Below, piece by piece: positions 25,618-33,630 of a stretch of DNA of 64,000 nt. Each line of letters starts with the position of its first letter. Within the stretch, counting starts at the first letter, position 1. Source of the DNA: Candidatus Dormiibacterota bacterium (lineage in GTDB: Bacteria > Chloroflexota > Dormibacteria > CF-121); assembly GCA_036269255.1 (NCBI GenBank), contig DATASI010000121.1, forward strand, positions 7,875 through 71,874, in the 5' to 3' direction. A program made the translations under genes and the position numbers. The notes beneath the pieces were generated by a model. It did no database searches. It was not told the DNA's origin and saw only the letters and a list, made by a program, of their open reading frames with translations.

Positions 25618-26918
25618 TGCTCGAGCCCGACAAGACAACCTTCATGCTGCTGTCGTTCGAGGGGCCGGATGTTTACTCCCAGGCCGGCGGCCTCGGGGTG
25701 CGGGTCAAGGAGCTCTCGCGGGCGCTCGCCGAGCGAGGCTTTACCACCCACCTGTTCTTTGTCGGGGACCCCAACCTGCCGGCGGATGAGAGCGTGCTCG
25801 ATGGCCGACTCTGGCTGCACCGCTGGAGCCAGTGGATCAGCCGCTACCACCCGGTCGGCGTCTACGACGGCGAGAACGACAAGGTCTCCGATATCAACCG
25901 GAGCCTTCCCGAGACGCTGCTCGACGATTACATCCGGCCTGCGGTCGAGCGGGGCCAGACGGTCGTGATCCTTGGTGAGGAGTGGCACCTCGCGCACGTC
26001 ATGACCCTCATTTCCGATGCGCTGTATTTCGCGGGATTGCGCGATCGCTGCCTGCTCCTCTGGAACGCGAACAATCATTTCTCATTCCACCGAATCAACT
26101 GGGGACAGCTCGCCTTCACGACGACGCTGCTGACCGTGTCCCGCTACATGAAACACATCATGTGGCAGTGGGGCGTGAATCCGATCGTGGTGCCCAACGG
26201 GATCCCAAGCTCGATGATGGCGCGCGTCAGCCAGGCCCAGGTGCGCGCCGTGCGAGGCGCGGCGAACGTCCCCGCCCTGCTCTTCAAGATCGGTCGCTTC
26301 AGCCCGGACAAGCGCTGGCACCAGGCGATCGCCGCGGTGGCCCAGCTCAAGGAACGCGGCGTCGGCACCAGGCTCATCATGCGCGGCGGCCTCGAGCCGT
26401 TTGGCGGCGAGGTGCTCGGACTGGCCGCCCAACTCGACCTCAAGGTGGTCCCGCTCGACCGACGAATCGACGATGTGCCGTCGCTGGTCAGGACGCTGAA
26501 GGACAACCCCGACGCCGACATCTGGAACCTGACGGCCTTTCTACCGGACGACCTATTGCCGGTTCTCTACGCCTCGGCGACGGCCACGCTCGCCAACAGC
26601 GGCCACGAGCCGTTCGGGCTGGTTGGCCTGGAGGCGATGGCCTCCGGCGGTGTGGCGTTCGTCGGCGCCACCGGCGAGGAATACGCGCAGCCGTTCAAGA
26701 ACTCGATCGTGATCGAAACCGACGACGCGGCCGAGATCGTCGCCTACGTTTCCAACCTGGCAGAGCACCCGGAAAATGCCCGCAACCTGCGGATCGCCGC
26801 CCAGCGCACCGCCCATGACTACACCTGGCAGCGCGTCATCGACATCCTCTTACAGCGCCTCGAGTTCGTCGCCCTCAAGCAGGGGCTCAGGCTGCCGGAG
26901 CCCCGCGTCAGCGCGTGA
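25617..26918 (+). CDS. GT4-family glycosyltransferase (retaining alpha-glucosyl/mannosyl transferase)
   Basis: GT-B fold with an N-terminus SFEGPDVYSQAGGLGVRVKELSRALAERG and a C-terminus …GLVGLEAMASGG…. GGAGG lies 7 nt upstream of the ATG, and the start overlaps the IMPase stop. Confidence 0.8.
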   Translation: MLEPDKTTFMLLSFEGPDVYSQAGGLGVRVKELSRALAERGFTTHLFFVGDPNLPADESVLDGRLWLHRWSQWISRYHPVGVYDGENDKVSDINRSLPETLLDDYIRPAVERGQTVVILGEEWHLAHVMTLISDALYFAGLRDRCLLLWNANNHFSFHRINWGQLAFTTTLLTVSRYMKHIMWQWGVNPIVVPNGIPSSMMARVSQAQVRAVRGAANVPALLFKIGRFSPDKRWHQAIAAVAQLKERGVGTRLIMRGGLEPFGGEVLGLAAQLDLKVVPLDRRIDDVPSLVRTLKDNPDADIWNLTAFLPDDLLPVLYASATATLANSGHEPFGLVGLEAMASGGVAFVGATGEEYAQPFKNSIVIETDDAAEIVAYVSNLAEHPENARNLRIAAQRTAHDYTWQRVIDILLQRLEFVALKQGLRLPEPRVSA

Positions 26919-26930
26919 GAAACTAGCCAG

Positions 26931-28136
26931 ATGCCGAACGCGCTCGTGATCTACATGGTGGCCCATCAGCCGCGGCGCATCAAGCTGCCGGCGCAGATGA
27001 TCCAGCGCGGCACGCCGCCGGAAAAGATGGACGCGTTGATCTTCGACGAGGCGATGGATCGCCGTTACTTCGATAAGGTGGCCAGGTACTGCTACCGGCC
27101 GGCGACCGAGATGTTCGCCTCGCTGGCCGCCAAAGGGATGAAGCTCTCGCTCGGATTCTCGGTGTCGTTCCTGCTGCAGATGCAGCGCTTTGGTCCCGAT
27201 GTCCTGCGCGGTTTCCAAAAGCTGGTCGCCCACCCGAACGTCGAGCTGGTCGCCGTCGAGCCCTATCACTCCTTCATCTTTTATCTCGACATCGCCGCCT
27301 TCGCCGAGCGGATGGCCCGGGGCAAGGCGCAGCTGGAAGAGACCTTTCAGAAACCGATCGCGATCACCGACACCACCGAGATGTTCATGTCCAACGACAT
27401 CTATTTCCAGCTGCAGCGGAGCGGCTTCAAGGGCGCGGTCATGGACGGGCGTCCGTGGGTCATGGGATGGCGCGAACCAACCCATCTGTATCGCTATCCA
27501 AACGAGGAGATGCGGCTCTTCACGCGGCACTTCGAGCTGAGCGACGACGTCGGATACCGGTTCAGCAACCGCGACTGGAACGGCTGGCCGCTGATGGCCG
27601 ACACTTACGCCAACTGGGTGCGCCAGGCGATGGGCGAATTCGTCTTCCTGGCCTGGGATTTCGAAACCTTCGGCGAGCATCACCGAGCCGACTCCGGGAT
27701 CTTTCCCTTCATGCACGCGTTGCACGACGACTTCGTCGCCCACAAGATGCGCTACCTCACCCCCTCGGAGGCGCTGGCGGCGTTTCCCAAAGTGCACGAG
27801 ATGCCCCTGCCCGAGTACGGCTGTACCTGGGCGGGCGACGGCGGGATGGACTTCTTTCTCGGCAACGAGGCGCAGCAGGGCATTTTCCGGCTGATGCACC
27901 ACATCTACAACAAAGCCAAGCTGACCGAACATCCACACCTGATGGATATCGCGATGTGGCTGCTGCAATCGGACAATCTCCACCTGATCCAATGGTTCTC
28001 GAAGGCGGGGAGCCAGGCGGAGGTCTCCGCCTACTTCACGCCCGATGAATGGTGGGAGCTGGGCGGGCTGGGGATTCTTCGCGAGCAGCAGCGGGTGTAC
28101 GTCAACTTCCTCCGCGCCATGGACGACTATGCGTAG
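26931..28136 (+). CDS. Glycoside hydrolase family 57 protein
   Basis: GH57 region I (VAHQPRRI) is present, together with an AWDFETFGEHH catalytic-region motif. At 401 aa it is shorter than GH57 branching enzymes. Confidence 0.7.
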   Translation: MPNALVIYMVAHQPRRIKLPAQMIQRGTPPEKMDALIFDEAMDRRYFDKVARYCYRPATEMFASLAAKGMKLSLGFSVSFLLQMQRFGPDVLRGFQKLVAHPNVELVAVEPYHSFIFYLDIAAFAERMARGKAQLEETFQKPIAITDTTEMFMSNDIYFQLQRSGFKGAVMDGRPWVMGWREPTHLYRYPNEEMRLFTRHFELSDDVGYRFSNRDWNGWPLMADTYANWVRQAMGEFVFLAWDFETFGEHHRADSGIFPFMHALHDDFVAHKMRYLTPSEALAAFPKVHEMPLPEYGCTWAGDGGMDFFLGNEAQQGIFRLMHHIYNKAKLTEHPHLMDIAMWLLQSDNLHLIQWFSKAGSQAEVSAYFTPDEWWELGGLGILREQQRVYVNFLRAMDDYA

Positions 28137-28162
28137 CGGGCTGATCCGTAGTACCAGCGGCT

Positions 28163-28633
28163 GCGGGTAAGCGCCTCTTCACGGTCGGTCACTCGACGAG
28201 GAGCGTCGATGAGCTCGCTGCCCTGCTGCACGAGCATGGGGTCACCCAACTCGTCGACGTCCGCCACTATCCGCGGTCCCGCCGCAACCCGCAGGTCAAC
28301 CGCGACACGCTGGAGCGTGAGCTACCAGCCCGGGGAGTCGCCTACGTGTGGGAGGGCGAAACGCTTGGCGGCTTTCGGCCCGGTGGGTACCGGGCGTACA
28401 TGGATTCGGACGATTTCCGCGAAGGTGCCGACCGGCTCGAACGCCTTACCGAGCGGGCGCCGACCGCGATCATGTGCGCCGAAATCGTCTGGTTTCGGTG
28501 CCACCGCCGGTTTATCGCCCGTGAAATGGTGCGCCGCGGTTATCGAGTAACGCACATCGTCAACCGGGGGAAACCCGGATACGAAGAGTCCTTGCCGCCT
28601 GATACTGAGCCGCTTACAATTCGACCGGAATGA
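28163..28633 (+). pseudogene. DUF488-family protein with no canonical start codon for the full-length form
   Basis: Strong DUF488 homology (…RLFTVGHSTRSVDELAALLHEHGVTQLVDVRHYPRSRRNPQVN…AIMCAEIVWFRCHRRFIA…) begins right after a TGA at 28142. No in-frame ATG/GTG/TTG occurs before GTG 28346, which would give only the C-terminal 95 aa. Confidence 0.5.
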
Positions 28634-28634
28634 A

Positions 28635-29066
28635 GTGGAGGGGATGTTGTTGAGCAGTGTTCCTGCTCGCCTTCCCTCGGACGACGTCCCGCCGGTCCTG
28701 GTTGCGGACGATGACCCGGACGTGCGCAGCATGCTGCGGACCCTGCTTGAGCTGGACGGCCACGAGGTGCTGGAGGCCAAGGACGGCGAACAAGCCTGGC
28801 AGGTCTGCCTCGAAACCCAGCCAAGCGTGGTGGTGGCGGACATCCAGATGCCCGGGATCGACGGTCTGGAGCTGTGCCGGAAGATTCGCCAGAGCAAGCA
28901 CTCCACCGATATCAAGGTGATCGTCTACACCGCGGGCATGGCGACGGCCGAGCAGGCCAGGAGCGCCGGCTGTGACGAGTACTTCCTGAAGACCGATCCG
29001 CTGCCGCGCCTGCGCGACAAGGTGCGCCAGTACGTCAGCGCGCGTCCCGGCCGTTCCCCGTCCTGA
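28635..29066 (+). CDS. Stand-alone response-regulator receiver domain (CheY-like)
   Basis: VLVADDDPDVRSMLRTLLELDGHEV…VVVADIQMPGIDGLELCRKIR…KVIVYT contains the phospho-acceptor Asp and the T/K residues. Alternative starts are GTG 28635, ATG 28644 and TTG. Confidence 0.8.
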   Translation: MEGMLLSSVPARLPSDDVPPVLVADDDPDVRSMLRTLLELDGHEVLEAKDGEQAWQVCLETQPSVVVADIQMPGIDGLELCRKIRQSKHSTDIKVIVYTAGMATAEQARSAGCDEYFLKTDPLPRLRDKVRQYVSARPGRSPS

Positions 29067-29151
29067 GCGCCGCTTTTTCCGCCCCTAGCCCGAATACGGC
29101 CTGAATACGGCGGCTGCAAGGTCGGCCCGGGGGGCCGGTTATACACGAGGG

Positions 29152-29823
29152 GTGCCTGCCTTGCCTGCCTTGCCCGTGCCTCCGTTGGCGGCTGTCATCG
29201 ATCTGTCACTGGTCGCCGTGGCGGTGGGGTCGCTGCTGCTGCTGCGCCTTGCGCACGGCGTCCTCCCCTGGGGCCACCTGATGATCGCGGTGGGACCCGA
29301 TGGACGCCCGATGCGACCGCGGGTGAAGTGGCATCTCTGGTCGATCAGCCGCGGGGAATCCCCTCGGGTGGCGGCGCTGGGAGGCTTTGCCTCGGTTACG
29401 CTCGGCGGCGCGGTAGTGCTGGCCGTCGGGCCGCGTCTGGTCGACTCGGTGTTTCGACCGGTGAGCTCCGTCTGGAGCACGCTGATGATGGTCACCCTGG
29501 CGCTGTCGATCATCATGCTTCCGCTGGGGATCACGGTCCTGTTGCGGGCCTTGCTCGATTTGAGCGCGCGCCGCTCGTCGATGGTGGGGACCGTCGTCGG
29601 CATGCGTCGAGACAACGGCGTCTTCGGCCGGACCTACCGGATTGCGGTCCAGGCCGGTGACCGGTCGATGGCGCGCGGCTTGTGGGCCGAATCCTTTCGG
29701 GTCGATCGTCCGACCTTCGAGCGGCTGAGTCCGGGTGACCGGATCAGCGTCGAGTACTCACCGCGGCTTCGCTATGTGTACAGCGCCGTGGTCTCCGAGC
29801 CGCTGAAAAAAGCGGCCGGTTAG
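29152..29823 (+). CDS. Hypothetical membrane protein (3-4 TM helices plus a C-terminal soluble domain)
   Basis: The ORF lies between the receiver gene and the GH57-GT5 fusion. No homology was recognised. The start could be GTG 29152 or TTG 29161. Confidence 0.5.
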   Translation: MPALPALPVPPLAAVIDLSLVAVAVGSLLLLRLAHGVLPWGHLMIAVGPDGRPMRPRVKWHLWSISRGESPRVAALGGFASVTLGGAVVLAVGPRLVDSVFRPVSSVWSTLMMVTLALSIIMLPLGITVLLRALLDLSARRSSMVGTVVGMRRDNGVFGRTYRIAVQAGDRSMARGLWAESFRVDRPTFERLSPGDRISVEYSPRLRYVYSAVVSEPLKKAAG

Positions 29824-29838
29824 CTAGACTTCCTCCCC

Positions 29839-32800
29839 GTGACGCGACCGCTGCATGTGGCTTTTGTCTGGCACATGCACCAGCCCTATTACAAGGACGA
29901 CCTGGAGAATACCTTCCTGCTCCCCTGGGTGCGGCTGCGCTGCGCCAAGGATTATTACAAAATGCCGGCGCTGCTGGACGACTACCCCGGCATCAAGCAG
30001 ACCTTCAACCTGGTGCCGGCGCTGGTCGAGCAGGTCGCCGACTACGCGGCCGGGGGAAGCACCGACGTCTACCTGGAACTTTGTCGCCGCCCGGTCAGCG
30101 AGCTCAGCGGTGAGGAGCGCGCCTTCATCGCGCGCTGGATGACCGAGTCGAGCCAGATCCGACGGGTCCGTCAGTACCCACGCTACCTGGAGCTGGTGCG
30201 CAAGCGGGAGCAGGCGGCCTCGCGTGAGGCGGAGGCGCTGGCTCGACTGTTCTCGGATGCCGAGCTTCGCGACCTCCAGGTCTGGTTCAACCTCTCCTGG
30301 ATCGGTCCCGAGCTGATCGAGCGCGAGCCGGAGATCGCCTCGCTGGTCGCCAAAGGCCGCGACTTTGTCGAGGCGGACAAGGGCCCGATCTTCCGCGTGC
30401 AGCTGGATCAGATTGGAAAGGTCCTGGCCAAATACCGCGAGGTGCAGGCCCGGGGCCAGGCGGAGCTGATCAGCAGCCCCTATTACCATCCGATCCTGCC
30501 GCTGGTCGATGACGTGCGCGTGGCCCGCGTGGCACGCGCCGACCTCGTCCTCCCGCGAGTGCCGTTCCGTCATCCCGACGATGCGCGAGAACAGCTTCGG
30601 CGGGGCATGGACGCCCACCAACAAACCTTCACGACGCGGCCGCGCGGCATCTGGCCGCCTGAGGCGGCGCTCTCCGACGAGGTGCTGTCGCTGGCGGCGG
30701 AGCAGGGCGTCCGCTGGATGGTCGGCGATGAAGGCCTCCTGGCGCGCTCGATCGGCAACGGCCTCCCCCGCGACGGTGAGGGCCGCCTGATGCAGCCCGA
30801 GCTGCTCTATTCGCCGTATCGGGTGGAGACCGACAAAGGGCCGATCGATCTGGTGTTCCGCGATGCCCGCCTGTCCAACGCGATCGGCTTCGAGTACCAG
30901 AACGCGGGATCGGAGGAAGGGGCCAAAGACCTGGTCGACCGGCTCCACGCGATCCAGCACCAGCAGAGCGATGCACCGATGCTGGCGGTGATCGCGCTGG
31001 ATGGGGAAAACTGCTGGGACTTTTACGAGCAGAACGGCAATCCATTCCTTCGCGCGCTCTACGGCAGGCTGAGCCGGGCCCCCGAGCTGAAGACCGTGAC
31101 CGTTTCGGAGTTCCTCGATGAGGTCCCGGCGTCCCGCTCGCTGAGCCGGATCGAGCCTGGCTCCTGGATCAACGCCAGCTTCGACACCTGGGTGGGCGAT
31201 GAGGAACACAACATGGCGTGGGACCGCCTGGCCGAAGCGAGAAATTTTCTCGCGCAACGGCAACGCACCCCGATCAACGCGGCCGCGCTCGAGGCCGCCT
31301 ACCGGGAAGCACTGATCGCGGAAGGCAGCGATTGGTTCTGGTGGTTTGGCCGCTCGCACGACTCGGGCATGGACCAGATCTGGGACAGCCTCTTTCGGCT
31401 CCACTTACGCAACATCTATATGTCGTTGGGCGAGGCGCCCCCGCCGGGGCTCTACCAGCCGATCGTCAAGGACGCACAGGACACCGCCTCCAAACGCCCC
31501 GAGCGCAAGATCAGCCCCAAGCTCAACGGGGTGGTGGACGACGAGGAGTGGCGCGCCGGCGGCTACGTCGACGTCACGGCGCTCTTCGGTGCGATGCATC
31601 CACCACGGGGAGCGCTTCAACGGGTCTGGTTCGGACACGACGACCGCAACCTCTATCTTCGCTTCGACTTACTCCCGGACGGCCGCTCCGATCGATCGAT
31701 CGAGTTGGAGCTGCTATTGAGCGGGCACCATGGGCCATCGTTGCGCTTGCGGGCCAGCCGGGTGGACGGCGCCTTCGATCTGCAGCTGCGGGACAGCACA
31801 CAGAGCAGCGGCGCTCCGCGCTGGTCGAGCCGGGTGCAGGCGCACAAGGCCCTCGCCTTCGCGCTGCCCTTCGACGCCCTCGGCCATGACCCCGGCGACA
31901 CGATCGAGATGGTCGCGATCGCCTACGAAGGCGGAAAAGCGGTGGAGCAGCTGCCGCCGACGGGTGCGATCGCGGTGCGGGTGCCCGGCGAGATCCCCGG
32001 CGAGGGCCGGCAAAAGCCGCTGAAGATCCTGCTGGTTTCGGCCGAGGTGGCGCCGTTCGCCAAGGTCGGCGGGCTGGCCGACGTGGCCGGGGCCCTGCCA
32101 AAAGCCCTGCGCGCGATGGGCCACGACGTGCGGGTGGTGATGCCGCGCTACGGCAGCATCGATGTCGAGAAGTACCGGCTCCACCCCGTGCTCCGCGAAC
32201 TGCCCGTGCCGCTCGCGCACCAGCGGGTCAACGCCAGCGTGCTCGAGGGCCGGATCGGGCAGGACGTCCCCGTCTACTTCATCGACAATCCGCAGTTCTT
32301 CGGCCGCGAGGGCATGTATGGCTTCTGGGATGACGATGCCCGCTTCATCTATTTCAGCCGAGCCGCGCTGGAAATGCTTCGGCCGCTCGGATTCCAGCCT
32401 GACGTCATCCATGTCAACGACTGGCACACGGCGATCATCCCCAACCTGCTGGCGAAGCTTTACGCCGCGGACCCCTTTTACGCCGACATCGCGACCGTGC
32501 TGACGATTCACAACCTGGCGTTCCAGGGCGTCTACGGCTATGGAACCCTGCACCTGGCCGAGCTCGAGCAATGGGGCCTGATCAAATCGGGCATCGCCGG
32601 CCTGGACGACATCGTCAACCTGCTGGGACGCGGTGTCTGGTTCGCCGATGTCGTCAATACCGTCAGCAACCGGTACGCGGAGGAGATCCTGACCCCTGAG
32701 TACGGCGAGCGCATGGACCCGTTGCTGCGGCTCTTCAAGAGCAAGCTGCACGGGATCATCAATGGCATCGACTACGAGGTGTTCAACCCGCAGACGGATG

Positions 32801-33501
32801 CCTCGATCGCGGCGCACTACGAGCTTGGAAGCATCGAGCGGAAGCTGGACAACAAGCGGGCTCTGCAGCGCGAAGTCGGCCTTCCCGCGGACGCGTCGAT
32901 TCCGGTCATCGGCCTGATCTCCCGGCTCTACGACCAGAAAGGGCTGGACCTGATCGCGAACATCATGTGGGGCCTGATGCGCCTCAACCTGCAGCTGGTC
33001 GTCCTGGGTGCCGGCGACGGCCGCTATGAGGAAATGTTCCGCGCCAATGCGCGCGACAATCCGCTGAAGGTTTCGGCCACGATCGGCTTCAAGCCGGTAC
33101 TGGCGCAGCACATTTACGCCGGCTCGGACATCTTCCTGATGCCGTCCCGCTTCGAACCCTGCGGGCTCGGCCAGCTGATCAGCATCCGCTATGGGACGAT
33201 TCCGATCGTCCGCGCCACCGGTGGGCTGGCCGACACGATCGAGGACTGGGACCCGGTCGAGCGGACCGGGAACGGCTTTGTCTTCACCGCCTACGATCAC
33301 TGGGACCTCTACGCCCAGGTGGTCCGCGCCCTGGAGACCTACCGCCAGCCCCAGCTGTGGCAGCGGCTGCAGGCAAATGCGATGTCGACCGACGTCAGCT
33401 GGGCCAACTCGGCCGACAAGTACGCCCGCCTCTACCGGATGGCGACGAGCCGGCATGCCGAAGCCCGCGAGTACTCGGAAGTGCCGACCGGCAGCTGGTG
33501 A
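29839..33501 (+). CDS. 1220-aa fusion of an N-terminal GH57 alpha-glucan-active domain and a C-terminal GT5 glycogen (ADP-glucose) synthase
   Basis: The N-terminus carries all five GH57 conserved regions: WHMHQPYY, ELISSPYYHPILPL, the GIWPPE nucleophile region, IALDGENCWDFY and EGSDWFWWFG. From about residue 735 it reads KILLVSAEVAPFAKVGGLADV…, a canonical GlgA N-terminus, and continues with a full GT-B domain (…PSRFEPCGLGQLISIRYGTIPIVRATGGLADTI…). Confidence 0.85.
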   Translation: MTRPLHVAFVWHMHQPYYKDDLENTFLLPWVRLRCAKDYYKMPALLDDYPGIKQTFNLVPALVEQVADYAAGGSTDVYLELCRRPVSELSGEERAFIARWMTESSQIRRVRQYPRYLELVRKREQAASREAEALARLFSDAELRDLQVWFNLSWIGPELIEREPEIASLVAKGRDFVEADKGPIFRVQLDQIGKVLAKYREVQARGQAELISSPYYHPILPLVDDVRVARVARADLVLPRVPFRHPDDAREQLRRGMDAHQQTFTTRPRGIWPPEAALSDEVLSLAAEQGVRWMVGDEGLLARSIGNGLPRDGEGRLMQPELLYSPYRVETDKGPIDLVFRDARLSNAIGFEYQNAGSEEGAKDLVDRLHAIQHQQSDAPMLAVIALDGENCWDFYEQNGNPFLRALYGRLSRAPELKTVTVSEFLDEVPASRSLSRIEPGSWINASFDTWVGDEEHNMAWDRLAEARNFLAQRQRTPINAAALEAAYREALIAEGSDWFWWFGRSHDSGMDQIWDSLFRLHLRNIYMSLGEAPPPGLYQPIVKDAQDTASKRPERKISPKLNGVVDDEEWRAGGYVDVTALFGAMHPPRGALQRVWFGHDDRNLYLRFDLLPDGRSDRSIELELLLSGHHGPSLRLRASRVDGAFDLQLRDSTQSSGAPRWSSRVQAHKALAFALPFDALGHDPGDTIEMVAIAYEGGKAVEQLPPTGAIAVRVPGEIPGEGRQKPLKILLVSAEVAPFAKVGGLADVAGALPKALRAMGHDVRVVMPRYGSIDVEKYRLHPVLRELPVPLAHQRVNASVLEGRIGQDVPVYFIDNPQFFGREGMYGFWDDDARFIYFSRAALEMLRPLGFQPDVIHVNDWHTAIIPNLLAKLYAADPFYADIATVLTIHNLAFQGVYGYGTLHLAELEQWGLIKSGIAGLDDIVNLLGRGVWFADVVNTVSNRYAEEILTPEYGERMDPLLRLFKSKLHGIINGIDYEVFNPQTDASIAAHYELGSIERKLDNKRALQREVGLPADASIPVIGLISRLYDQKGLDLIANIMWGLMRLNLQLVVLGAGDGRYEEMFRANARDNPLKVSATIGFKPVLAQHIYAGSDIFLMPSRFEPCGLGQLISIRYGTIPIVRATGGLADTIEDWDPVERTGNGFVFTAYDHWDLYAQVVRALETYRQPQLWQRLQANAMSTDVSWANSADKYARLYRMATSRHAEAREYSEVPTGSW

Positions 33502-33630
33502 CGAAGATCCTAGGATTGAGGCTCACCGAGTGTTCTAACAACAATCTAATAACTCATCCCTAGACTCGTGGCGCTGTTCTAACCCAGCGATCGTTTCGCG
33601 CATCTCGAACCGGGAATTAAGGAGGGACGT

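Noticed and set aside
29152-29175. Short direct repeat cctgccttgcctgccttgccc at the start of the membrane-protein gene
   Set aside because: It simply encodes Pro-Ala-Leu repeats at an N-terminus, and it is too short to count as a meaningful repeat element.
31714-33456. 580-aa ORF antisense to the GT5 half of the GH57-GT5 fusion, and 33535..35133 antisense to the SBP gene
   Set aside because: No homology was recognised and the sequence is low-complexity. The sense strands carry unmistakable GlgA and SBP_bac_5 sequences.
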